Below are positions 37,634-46,393 of a stretch of 64,000 nucleotides of DNA, piece by piece. Each line of letters opens with the position of its first letter. The stretch's first letter is position 1. The notes below the pieces were generated by a model. That model ran no database searches and was not told the DNA's origin. It worked only from the letters and a program-made list of their open reading frames with translations. The position numbers and the translations under genes were made by a program. Source of the DNA: Acidimicrobiales bacterium (lineage in GTDB: Bacteria; Actinomycetota; Acidimicrobiia; Acidimicrobiales; UBA8190); contig DAIQQK010000006.1 of the NCBI GenBank assembly GCA_036786835.1, positions 1,131 to 65,130 of the forward strand, read 5' to 3'.

Positions 37634-39097
37634 GTGCGATGGGAAGGTGGACCAAGTTCGTCGCAGCGCGGCGAAACATCAGCAGGCACCGGGGAGGTCG
37701 ACCTCGTAAGGGATCGAACCCTCGTACTTCGTGCGCAAGCAGGGGACTCGAGCGCGTTTGCCGACCTGTACGTCCTTTACTCCCGGCGACTCCGCCGCCT
37801 TTGCGCCAATCGGCTTGGCGACCGCAACGACGCCGAGGACGTGACCCAGGAGGCCTTTGCGCGAGCCTGGAGGGCCCTTCCCGGCTTCAACGGCGCGCGC
37901 ACGTTTTACCCGTGGCTATCGGTCATCGCCAACAACCTCTGCACGGACATCCTTCGCCGCCGTGAGTTGGAGCTCACCGCCAAGATGGCTCAGAGGGACA
38001 TCGCCAGCACCGAAAACCCTGGCGAGGAGTGGGCGGTCGCGCGCTCCGAGGAGGAGATGGCGAGCGAGGCGCTCGGGCGGCTGTCCGATCACCACCGGCG
38101 GTTACTGCGCTTGCGCGAGGAGCTCGGATGGTCCTACGAACGCATCGCCACCCACGAGGGCGTGAGCATCAGCTCGATCGAAACGCTGATGTGGCGTGCC
38201 CGCAAGGCGTTGAAGCGCGAGTTCGCCAAGATGTCCGAGAGCGGGCCACTCGCGGTCTGGGTTGCAGGACTCTCGTTTTCGGCGCGGGGCCTCGGCGGCA
38301 CGTCGGTTCGACGGCTGAGCAGCACCTTCCTACGGGCGGCGAGGATGCTGACGAGGTTGCCGGCAGCGGCCGGCTCCTACTCCTCGGCACCGATCCTGGC
38401 GACGGCCGCAGGAAGCGCCATCGCGGCGGCAGCCTTTCAGGTTGCTCCTAATGCTGCGTTTGCAGCTGAGGCAGCGACGACGGCGATCCAGGCAAATGAA
38501 GCTCCTTCGCCTGCGACGCCTGCCAGCTCTGCGACGCCTGCCAGCTCTGCCACGACTTCGGACGCGCCGATGCGCCTCGCGACTCCGAACGTCGAGATGG
38601 TCTCGAGAGGGTATTCGCTTCCGGTCGTCGCGCCCTGCGCCCCGACGTCAAACACACAGGATGCCGACGTTTTCCCTTCGACCACCTCCTTGGGAGCGTT
38701 CGCGCCGGCACCTGCACCTGCACAGGGTCTTTCGAACGGCGCTCAGGCGCTCGGCGACGGGGTACGGGGCGTGACCGACGTCGTCACCTCGGTAACCGGC
38801 ATTGCGAACGTCGTCGTTGACCAGACGACGACGGCGGTGGTCTCGCTGCTCGACCAGGCCGGGTCCGCGCTACCTCAGGCGTCGCCGACCTCTGCGGTCG
38901 CAGGCGCTCTGACCTCGGTGGTCGATCCTTTGACTGCGGTCCTCGCGCCGCCGGCGGAACCAGAGGTCAGCTCCCCGGCCCCTTTGGTCGACACGGTGAC
39001 GGCGACTCTGGCTCCACAGCCTGACGCGCCCCTCGCGGCTCTCACTCCCGTCGCAGGTTCCCCAGCCGCCGCCCTGTCGCCGGCGGTGGGCAAATGA
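37634..39097 (+). CDS. ECF-type sigma-70 factor fused to a TM segment and an A/S/T/V/P-rich tail (paralogue of 35860..37317)
   Basis: LRAQAGDSSAFADLY, EDVTQEAFARAWRAL, FYPWLSVIA, SYERIATHEGVSISSIETLMWRARKAL, then APILATAAGSAIAAAAFQV and a low-complexity tail. GTG 37634 follows GGGGGGG (longest ORF from 37535). Confidence 0.8.
   Translation: MRWEGGPSSSQRGETSAGTGEVDLVRDRTLVLRAQAGDSSAFADLYVLYSRRLRRLCANRLGDRNDAEDVTQEAFARAWRALPGFNGARTFYPWLSVIANNLCTDILRRRELELTAKMAQRDIASTENPGEEWAVARSEEEMASEALGRLSDHHRRLLRLREELGWSYERIATHEGVSISSIETLMWRARKALKREFAKMSESGPLAVWVAGLSFSARGLGGTSVRRLSSTFLRAARMLTRLPAAAGSYSSAPILATAAGSAIAAAAFQVAPNAAFAAEAATTAIQANEAPSPATPASSATPASSATTSDAPMRLATPNVEMVSRGYSLPVVAPCAPTSNTQDADVFPSTTSLGAFAPAPAPAQGLSNGAQALGDGVRGVTDVVTSVTGIANVVVDQTTTAVVSLLDQAGSALPQASPTSAVAGALTSVVDPLTAVLAPPAEPEVSSPAPLVDTVTATLAPQPDAPLAALTPVAGSPAAALSPAVGK
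38513..38548 (+). repeat. 18-bp x2 perfect in-frame duplication (ATPASS) in the sigma fusion 2 tail
   Basis: gcgacgcctgccagctct twice. Confidence 0.9.
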
Positions 39098-39205
39098 CCT
39101 CCTCGAGGAAGCTTCGAAAAGGTCCGACCCAAGTGTCGAGGCGAGGCCGACGCAACCGTTCTCCTTTCATGGGAAAGAGTCGGGGGGCACTGTCTCGAGG
39201 CGCGC

Positions 39206-40162
39206 ATGGTCCCAGAGACACTTGACCGCATCTCGCCGATGGCCGCCTTTGCTCCCTCTGAAGTCCCGAACCAGTCCTTCCGGCAGGCGCTCGACTCGCT
39301 CGACAGCGGGGTGCTGATCTGCGACGCAGATGGACGCGTCTTGATCGAGAACGTGGCCGCAGCCTCGTTGCACGGACTCGAGGCGGGGCAACTGACCGGC
39401 TACGCCTATGCGTCCAGCGCCAAGCTCAGCTCGGACGAAGGGGAGGAGGTGGCTCCGGAGGACCACCCCCTCACGCGAGCCCTCGCCGGGTCGGTCGTCC
39501 ACAATCAGCGACTGTCCATCAGGCACGACCACGAGTTCTTGCGACCCGTTGCCGTCTCCGCCCGACCGTTCTCGCTCGGGGACCACGGTTCCGGCGCACT
39601 CCTCGAGATACACGACGAAACCGCACAGCGGGAACGGGAGAGGTCTCTGACTCGGCTGGCCCTCCACGACCCGTTGACGGGCCTGGCGAACCGTTCTCTC
39701 ATCTTCGACCAGCTGACGCGGATGATCGCCAGAACCCGTCGCGAGAAGGGCAACCTGTGGTTGATCTTGCTCGACCTCGACGATTTCAAGGTCCTGAACG
39801 ACAAGCACGGTCACCTGGCCGGAGACGAAGTCCTCATCGAGTTCGCTCGCCGTTTCAAGCGGGTCGCCCGGTCGAGTGATGTCGTGGGTCGCCTCGGCGG
39901 TGACGAGTTCGTCTTGTTCGGAATGGCCGACGTCTCGGCGGTCGATGCAGTGCTGGAGCTCGTAGCGAACAGAGTCAAGAGCGTCTTTGCGATCCCCTAT
40001 CGAGTCGACGGAAAGCGGGCCCGCCTCGCGGCGAGCGCCGGATCTGTCATCGCCGACCATCGCGAATCCGTGACGACTTTGCTCGAGCGTGCAGACCGCG
40101 CGATGTACGGCGAGAAGAACCGCCGGAGCTTGACCATTGGAGATCGGGAGGCTGAACGATGA
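39206..40162 (+). CDS. PAS-GGDEF diguanylate cyclase
   Basis: PAS-like N-terminus (LDSGVLICDADGRVLIEN), RSSDVVGRLGGDEF with RxxD I-site spacing. Confidence 0.9.
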   Translation: MVPETLDRISPMAAFAPSEVPNQSFRQALDSLDSGVLICDADGRVLIENVAAASLHGLEAGQLTGYAYASSAKLSSDEGEEVAPEDHPLTRALAGSVVHNQRLSIRHDHEFLRPVAVSARPFSLGDHGSGALLEIHDETAQRERERSLTRLALHDPLTGLANRSLIFDQLTRMIARTRREKGNLWLILLDLDDFKVLNDKHGHLAGDEVLIEFARRFKRVARSSDVVGRLGGDEFVLFGMADVSAVDAVLELVANRVKSVFAIPYRVDGKRARLAASAGSVIADHRESVTTLLERADRAMYGEKNRRSLTIGDREAER

Positions 40163-40629
40163 GTGTGACGATCAAGAAACACCCGAGGCTCAGGAGCCTG
40201 CTGGCCCCGTCCATCGGGGCCGCCGTCGTGGTCGTCGCGCTTTCCATTCCGGCGACCGTCCTGGCCGGTACGACGTCCGGTTGTTACCCGGCTGCGACCT
40301 GTACCACCCCGTCCACCCCTGATGGCCCGACTGTTTCGGGGAGTGACGGGACAGCCGCCAACGGCGGCGCGTCAGGCGCCAACGACGGGCCAACGAGCGC
40401 TAGCCGGCCCACGACGGCGGCCAACACGAGCTCGTTGCCGTTCACGGGAGGCGACATAGAGCAGCTGGCCGGGATCGGCGCCGGCGCAGTCCTCTTGGGC
40501 GGTCTCCTCGTCCTTCGTAACCGGCGTCGTGGACGTGGCGCCGGCACAAACAGCGCTCCCGGACTGGTGCTGGCCGGAAGGACTGTGTGGTCGCAGTGGC
40601 AATCGGATTCACGTACCAACCTGAGCTAA
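40159..40629 (+). CDS. Small secreted protein with LPFTG sorting signal
   Basis: ATGA overlap with the cyclase stop. Signal peptide ...IPATVLAG. SSLPFTGG + hydrophobic stretch + RNRRRGRG. The ORF continues about 30 aa past the basic tail, so the exact 3' end is uncertain. Confidence 0.7.
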   Translation: MSVTIKKHPRLRSLLAPSIGAAVVVVALSIPATVLAGTTSGCYPAATCTTPSTPDGPTVSGSDGTAANGGASGANDGPTSASRPTTAANTSSLPFTGGDIEQLAGIGAGAVLLGGLLVLRNRRRGRGAGTNSAPGLVLAGRTVWSQWQSDSRTNLS

Positions 40630-40691
40630 CCGCCCCGCACCCAGGACGGCGGATCTCCACTCGCCTGGTCCCTGGGTCGACTGCGCGCGCG

Positions 40692-42029
40692 ATGGCCGGT
40701 CTGGCCGGGCTCGACCTCGTCGTCCTATTGCTCGTTGCGGGGGGCTTCGCACATCGGCCGGCAACCAAATGGGTTCTCCTCTTTCCGATCGTGGCTGTCG
40801 CGCTCCTCGCCACCAACCGGCACTACGCGCCGAGGATCACCCTGGGCGTTGCGCGCGAAGCACGCTCGATCATCGGGCGGATGGCGATCTCGGCCGTGCT
40901 GCTCGATGTCGTCCACGTGGTGCGCATTGTGAGCCTTGTCGAGATCGCCTCGATCGCATCGGCCTCGGTCCTCATAATTCGCAGCCTCGCCTACAAGACG
41001 ATTGGAAGTGCCCGAGCTCGAGGGCTCCTGAGCGAGCGAACTCTGATCCTCGGGTGCGGACGCGTGGGCGTGCAACTGAGCTCCCTCATGACGGAGCATC
41101 CCGAGTGCGGCTTGAAGCCTGTCGGGTTCCTCGACGACGTCGAAGGGGTCGAGGGAAGGGAGTTGCCGCTGCCCCACTACGGCCCCGTGAGCCTCCTCTC
41201 GACGGTACTGAACGAGCAGGCGATCGACAGAGTCGTGGTCGCCTTCGGCATCACGAAGGAGCCAGAGACGCTCGCGGTGATCCGGGAATGCGAGAGCACA
41301 TCTGTCGTCATCCACGTCCTGCCGAGGTTCTTCGAGCTCGGAGTGGCCGTGGACGGGAGTGGCGTCGACGAGTTATGGGGGATCCCGCTCGTGCGGCTGC
41401 GAAGGCCTCGACCTTTCGGCTGGGCAACACGTGCGAAGAGAGCCGTAGACGTGATGCTCTCGGGTGTCGCCCTCATGCTGCTCGCGCCGTTGTACGGGGC
41501 ACTGGCACTGGCGGTGAAAGCTTCGAGTCCCGGAGGCGTCTACTTCCGCCAGAAACGAGTCGGGCAGAACGGCACGATCATCGAGATCCTGAAATTCCGC
41601 TCGATGCGAGTCGCGGACGGCCCGGACACCGAGTGGAAGGCCGACGAGGAGAGGATGACCAAGGTCGGGAGGCTCATGCGGCGAACGAGCCTCGACGAGC
41701 TGCCTCAGCTTTGGACGGTTCTGCGGGGGGACATGTCACTCGTCGGACCCCGACCCGAACGTCCCTACTTCGTCGACCGTTTCAAGTCCGAGATCCGGCA
41801 CTACGAATCGCGTCACCGCCTCCCTATGGGGCTCACCGGGCTTGCGCAGGTTCACGGGCTCCGGGGAGACACCTCCATCGAGGAGCGGGCGAGGTTCGAC
41901 AACCGCTACATCGAAACCTGGTCCCTTTGGCGCGACCTCGTGATCCTCGCTCAGACGTTCTTCGCGGTGGCGCACGAGGCTGTCGGAACGCTTGGCGAGA
42001 GCGAGTACGGGTTCGTCTCTCGGGAGTGA
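40692..42029 (+). CDS. Polyprenyl-phosphate glycosyl-1-phosphate transferase (WbaP/CpsE-type bacterial sugar transferase)
   Basis: LLAPLYGALALAVKASSPGGVYFRQKRVGQNG, FRSMR, DELPQLWTVLRGDMSLVGPRPERP. N-terminal TM helices. ATG 40692 preferred; the longest ORF (40587) overlaps the upstream gene. Confidence 0.85.
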   Translation: MAGLAGLDLVVLLLVAGGFAHRPATKWVLLFPIVAVALLATNRHYAPRITLGVAREARSIIGRMAISAVLLDVVHVVRIVSLVEIASIASASVLIIRSLAYKTIGSARARGLLSERTLILGCGRVGVQLSSLMTEHPECGLKPVGFLDDVEGVEGRELPLPHYGPVSLLSTVLNEQAIDRVVVAFGITKEPETLAVIRECESTSVVIHVLPRFFELGVAVDGSGVDELWGIPLVRLRRPRPFGWATRAKRAVDVMLSGVALMLLAPLYGALALAVKASSPGGVYFRQKRVGQNGTIIEILKFRSMRVADGPDTEWKADEERMTKVGRLMRRTSLDELPQLWTVLRGDMSLVGPRPERPYFVDRFKSEIRHYESRHRLPMGLTGLAQVHGLRGDTSIEERARFDNRYIETWSLWRDLVILAQTFFAVAHEAVGTLGESEYGFVSRE

Positions 42030-42058
42030 GCTGCGCTCCGGGGACTCGATCCCAGTCT

Positions 42059-42529
42059 TCACGTCCTGGGTTCGGCAGGCACCCGGTCGGTGAACTCCCA
42101 CCATTGCACCTCGCACATCATCGGCAGGAGGTACCGGACGTAGAGGGAGTGGATCTTCACGGGCCCTTGATCGTCGACGTGAAGGTCGATCAGCTCGACA
42201 CGGTCGTCGCGATCTCGGTAGTTCTCCGCCCGCTGCTGGATCCCCTCTAGTTCCGAGAGCGCGCCGACCGCGAATCCGAAGTGGTCCATCTTGGGGCACT
42301 TCATGGGATCTTCCTCGGAGATGAGGAAGATGAACTGATCCCAGTGCACGCAGCTCAGGATCAGCCGGCGTCCGTCGACTGTCATCGTGGGCATCTCCTC
42401 GAAACCGAGAACCTCACCGAAGAAGTCACAGATCTCGGCTCGGCGTTCCGCGCCGAGGAGCTCCGAAGGGACACTCATCGCGACGTGGTTGAAGCGAGGG
42501 TTTCCGGAGGGGTAGTAGGGATGCGCCAT
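42059..42529 (-). CDS. VOC/glyoxalase-fold protein
   Basis: ATG 42529 follows GAGGAGG. FNHVAMSV ... MDHFGFAV. The rest of listed ORF 42059..42934 is upstream read-through. Confidence 0.7.
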   Translation of the reverse strand: MAHPYYPSGNPRFNHVAMSVPSELLGAERRAEICDFFGEVLGFEEMPTMTVDGRRLILSCVHWDQFIFLISEEDPMKCPKMDHFGFAVGALSELEGIQQRAENYRDRDDRVELIDLHVDDQGPVKIHSLYVRYLLPMMCEVQWWEFTDRVPAEPRT

Positions 42530-42549
42530 CAGACCTCCTCGGAGTGGTC

Positions 42550-43614
42550 TTAAGAACTGCCGGCGGTCAGTCGGGGGGTGATCATGACCTTGCCCGCGAC
42601 GCGTCCGTCCGCAAGGTCCGCCAACGCAACTGAGATGTGGTCCAGGGGGACGTCGCCAGGCTCGATGAGAGCGTCCGCAGCTACCGCGCCCGAAGCGAGC
42701 ATGTCGAGCGCCACGTCGAAACCGTCCGCGTCGTACACGAACGAGCCACAGACCTCGAGCTCGTTCAGGATCATGCGGTTCGGGTCGAACTTGGGGGCTT
42801 CCATCCCGGCTCCGACGAGCACGAGCCGCCCGCCACGGCGCAGTTGGTGAAACGCCAGCTCCATCGCAGCCTTCTTGCCGGAGCACTCGAGGACCGCGTC
42901 GACTGCTCGGGCCGCCATCCGCTCGGGCTCCCAAGGGGGGAAGCTCTCGAGCTCGGAAGGATCGATCGCGCTCTGGGCACCCAGGCGAAGAGCAAGGGCC
43001 CGGCGAGACTCACCCGGCTCGACGACGGTCACGGGAGCGATCCCTTTCGCCAAGAGCGCGGCGACGCTCAGCGCGCCGATCGGGCCTGCACCGAAGACCA
43101 TCGCAGAGTCACCGGCTTCGAGCCGAGATCGGGTGATCCCGTGAAGGGCGACGGCCAGAGGCTCGGCGAGGGCGGCCTGTCGCAGAGTGAGTCCTTTCGG
43201 CACCCTGAACAAGGACGCCGAGTCGACCAGGACGTAGTCGGCGAACGCCCCGTTGTCCAGGTGCTGGTCGACGCTTCCCTCACGCCGTTCGCACTGCGAG
43301 GGCTTGCCTTCCCGACATCGCCGGCACTCACCGCACTTGGGAGACGGTCCGGCGACTACCGGTTCTCCCACGGACCATCCCGAGACGTCCTTACCGACGG
43401 CTGCGATCGTGCCCGTGAACTCGTGTCCTCCCACGAGGCCCGGCTGTCCCCAGCCCTCGACCATCAAATGGAGATCGGAGCCGCACACACCGCAGTGGGA
43501 AACCTCGACCAGCACCTGCCCCGCTCCCGGGGTAGGGACGGAGCGTTCTTCGACCTCCACGCTCCCCGGGGCGCGGTAGACGGCGGCGCGCATCGTGGCC
43601 GGAAGGGAGGTCAT
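42550..43614 (-). CDS. Zn-dependent alcohol/polyol dehydrogenase
   Basis: ATG 43614 (ATGA overlap with the ACAD stop). CGVCGSDLH, GHEFTGTIAAVG, CGECRRCREG, VFGAGPIGALSV. Confidence 0.9.
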   Translation of the reverse strand: MTSLPATMRAAVYRAPGSVEVEERSVPTPGAGQVLVEVSHCGVCGSDLHLMVEGWGQPGLVGGHEFTGTIAAVGKDVSGWSVGEPVVAGPSPKCGECRRCREGKPSQCERREGSVDQHLDNGAFADYVLVDSASLFRVPKGLTLRQAALAEPLAVALHGITRSRLEAGDSAMVFGAGPIGALSVAALLAKGIAPVTVVEPGESRRALALRLGAQSAIDPSELESFPPWEPERMAARAVDAVLECSGKKAAMELAFHQLRRGGRLVLVGAGMEAPKFDPNRMILNELEVCGSFVYDADGFDVALDMLASGAVAADALIEPGDVPLDHISVALADLADGRVAGKVMITPRLTAGSS

Positions 43615-44750
43615 CGCCCCGCACCCAGGCCTATCGTCCTGGCGACCCGCTCTGTGTGATCCGCCGTCGTGCCGAACAGCGCGGCCGAGGCTTTGGCTCG
43701 CTTCACGTACAGGTGCATGTCGTGCTCCCACGTATAGCCGATGCCCCCGAGCGTCTGAATGGCGTGCTGGGCGAGGAGCTTCTGGCAGTCGCCTGCGCTC
43801 GACTTCGCCATCGACACTGCAAGCGAGCGCCGCTCGTCCTCCTCGGCGATGCAGAGAGCGGCAAAATAAGCGGTTGCGCGGGCGGACTCGAGGGCCACGT
43901 ACATGTCGGCGAGCTTGTGCTTGATCGCTTGGAACGACCCGATCTTCACCCCGAACTGCTCGCGTTGGCCTACGTAGGCGTGGACGATGTCGAACATCGC
44001 CTGGCAGGTTCCCACGAGCTCGGCGCTCAGTGCGGCAGCGGCCTCCTCGAGGATTGCGCGAAGAATGCGTGCACAGTCGCCTGGCGACCCCAGAACGCGG
44101 TCTGGTCCCACCTGTGCACCGTCGAGCTCGACCGTCGCGTACTGCCTCGACGCGTCGATATTTCTAATCGGAGCGGAGCGAACCGACTCGCGTGGGACGA
44201 CGAACAGGCAGATCCCGTCGTCTCCGCTGGTTCCGGGGAGTCGCGCCGCGACCACGAGCTCGTCGGCGCGAGCACCGTCGGTCACGAAGTGCTTCGTGCC
44301 GCGCAGGACGAAGTCCGGGCCGTCCGCATCGGCCACTGCCTCGATCGCCCTTGTATCGAAGCTCCCCGACGCCTCGGCAACCGCCAGAGTCCCGACCATT
44401 CCCTCACGGACCACTGGTCCGAGGAACGTGCGCCTTTGGTCCGATGAGCCCGCGAGACGCAGCGCCGAGGCGAACTGGGCGGCCGTGGAGAAGAAGGGTC
44501 CGGGTGCGATCGCACGTCCGAGCTCCTCCGAGACGACGGCAAGCTCGACGAAACCCAGCCCCAACCCACCTTCGGACTCGGCTACGGCCAACGCAGGCCA
44601 ATCGAGCTCGACCATCTTCTCCCACAGCTCTTCCGAGCCCTTCGAGTCCTCGACTACCTGGCGAACCAGCGCCACGGAACACTCGGCTTCCAAGAAGTCG
44701 CGCACCGACTCCGCCAGTTGACGCTGGTCCTCCGAAAGCTCGAGATCCAT
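43611..44750 (-). CDS. Acyl-CoA dehydrogenase
   Basis: ATG 44750 MDLELSEDQRQLAESVRDF. GGIGYTWEHDMHLYVKRA. Confidence 0.9.
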   Translation of the reverse strand: MDLELSEDQRQLAESVRDFLEAECSVALVRQVVEDSKGSEELWEKMVELDWPALAVAESEGGLGLGFVELAVVSEELGRAIAPGPFFSTAAQFASALRLAGSSDQRRTFLGPVVREGMVGTLAVAEASGSFDTRAIEAVADADGPDFVLRGTKHFVTDGARADELVVAARLPGTSGDDGICLFVVPRESVRSAPIRNIDASRQYATVELDGAQVGPDRVLGSPGDCARILRAILEEAAAALSAELVGTCQAMFDIVHAYVGQREQFGVKIGSFQAIKHKLADMYVALESARATAYFAALCIAEEDERRSLAVSMAKSSAGDCQKLLAQHAIQTLGGIGYTWEHDMHLYVKRAKASAALFGTTADHTERVARTIGLGAGR

Positions 44751-44834
44751 CAGCGCTTCCCGGCCGTCCGCAGCAATGAGCCCACCTCGCGCACGATCGC
44801 CCCCTCCTGCTTCGGGCCCACCCACCACAGTTCT

Positions 44835-44850
44835 ATGACTCTCGTGTCAG
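44835..44850. promoter_or_regulatory. Candidate operator ATGACTCTCGTGTCAG (1 mismatch)
   Basis: Upstream of the minus-strand ACAD (start 44750). Confidence 0.35.
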
Positions 44851-44948
44851 CCTACTTGGGGGTCTCTCGAGCCGGGAAATGGACCTTCATGTTCCGGCAT
44901 CTTCCGGCATCGTGTGCCGTCGCGGCGGAGCGTCGCCGGGGTGCCGGG

Positions 44949-45782
44949 TCAGAAGCCCCTGAACTGAGGATCGCGCCGCTCGGCGAAAGCCCGAAGGCCT
45001 TCTGCCGCGTCCGCCGTCGAGACCACGATCTCCTGAGCCCATGCCTCCTCGTCGAACGCGGTGCGCCGGTCGGAGTCGAGCGAGCGGTTGAGCAGCCACT
45101 TGGCCATTGAGATGGCCTTCGTCGGCCCCGAAGCCAGCCGGCGCGCGAGCTCACCTGCAACCTGGTCCAGCTGCTCTCGTTCCACCACGCGGTTCACGAG
45201 GCCGAGCCTTTCGGCGTCCTCGGCGGCGAGGTCGTCCCCGAAGAAGATCAGCTCCTTCGCCTTCTGCAGGCCGACCAGGCGCGGCAGGAGGTACGCACCT
45301 CCCCCGTCGGGCGAGATCCCACGCCGGACGAAGACCTCTATGAAGCGCGCACTGCGCGCGGCGACGACCAAGTCACAGGCGAACGCCATGTGAGCGCCGA
45401 TGCCGGCAGCGGTGCCGTTGACCGCCGCAAGGACCGGCTTCTCGCAGTCGAGGATCGCCGAGACGAGCCGCTGTGCACCGAGGCGGATCATGCGCGACGC
45501 CTCGCCCAATACGCGCTCGGGGGCGTCAGCCGGGCGCGCCGGCGCGTCTTGGCGTGCGGCGCGCAGGTCTGCACCCGTGCAGAACCCCTCCCCGGTCGCG
45601 CCCAGCACCACCGCTCTCACCTCGAGTGAGGCGCTCGCCTCCTCGAGGAGATCGATGACCCGGTTGCGCTGGTCGGGCGTTATGGCGTTTCGCACCTCGG
45701 GCCGGTTGAGCGTGATCCATGCGACCTGGTCCTCGACCCGGTGGAGGACCTGCTCTTCGAGCGGCTTCTCCTCGTCTGTCAT
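44949..45782 (-). CDS. Enoyl-CoA hydratase/isomerase
   Basis: WITLNRPEVRNAI, GEGFCTGADL, crotonase length. Confidence 0.9.
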   Translation of the reverse strand: MTDEEKPLEEQVLHRVEDQVAWITLNRPEVRNAITPDQRNRVIDLLEEASASLEVRAVVLGATGEGFCTGADLRAARQDAPARPADAPERVLGEASRMIRLGAQRLVSAILDCEKPVLAAVNGTAAGIGAHMAFACDLVVAARSARFIEVFVRRGISPDGGGAYLLPRLVGLQKAKELIFFGDDLAAEDAERLGLVNRVVEREQLDQVAGELARRLASGPTKAISMAKWLLNRSLDSDRRTAFDEEAWAQEIVVSTADAAEGLRAFAERRDPQFRGF

Positions 45783-45950
45783 GACTTGGTTTGCTAGTGC
45801 CAGAGAGCTCCGGCGTCAACGTGGGCCCTCGTCGGGCCTCCGCCAGGCCTGGGACGCCCGGGTTTATGAACGGCTCGGGACCTCGCCAGGATGATGCCGG
45901 CTGCTCCTTGCGGCGCCTGCGTCCGATCCTGACGTGCGTGTCCGCGTCCG

Positions 45951-46376
45951 GTGGGTTTACGCTCGCCAACCGTGGCAGACGAGAAGAGACAGATCCCGGT
46001 CGTCGACTACCTCGTGCTCGGGGATGACCCCCACCTCGAGTCCAACTCCTGTAGCAGCTGCGGCGCCGTCTACTTCGACCGCCGCAATGCTTGCGCCCGT
46101 TGCAGCGGGAGGTCCTTCGAGCGGCGGGCGCTCGCTAAGACCGGCGTCCTTCGTTCGTACAGCATCGTCCACCGGGCCGCACCCGGCGTGCCGGTGCCCT
46201 ACGTCTCCACCGTCGTCGAGCTCGACGGAGGCGGTGTCGTGAAGGCGAACCTCGTCGACGGCGGGACTGACCCCGAGAAGATCGAGCTCGGGATGCCGGT
46301 TCGGCTCACGACCTTCGCCTGCGGAGTCGACGGAGCGGGGACCGAAGCGATCGCCTTCGGATTCACCCCCACCTGA
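45951..46376 (+). CDS. DUF35 Zn-ribbon/OB-fold protein
   Basis: CSSCGAVYFDRRNACARC then an OB-fold. Start is 45951 or GTG 45972. Confidence 0.8.
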   Translation: MGLRSPTVADEKRQIPVVDYLVLGDDPHLESNSCSSCGAVYFDRRNACARCSGRSFERRALAKTGVLRSYSIVHRAAPGVPVPYVSTVVELDGGGVVKANLVDGGTDPEKIELGMPVRLTTFACGVDGAGTEAIAFGFTPT

Positions 46377-46393
46377 GCTGTCTAGGAGGGCCA

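Noticed and set aside
35860-39097. Sigma fusions as artefacts, meaning a sigma gene plus a separate anti-sigma gene merged by a frameshift error.
   Set aside because: Both paralogues independently show the same uninterrupted architecture and nearly the same length, which makes a double identical error unlikely. Resequencing would still settle it.
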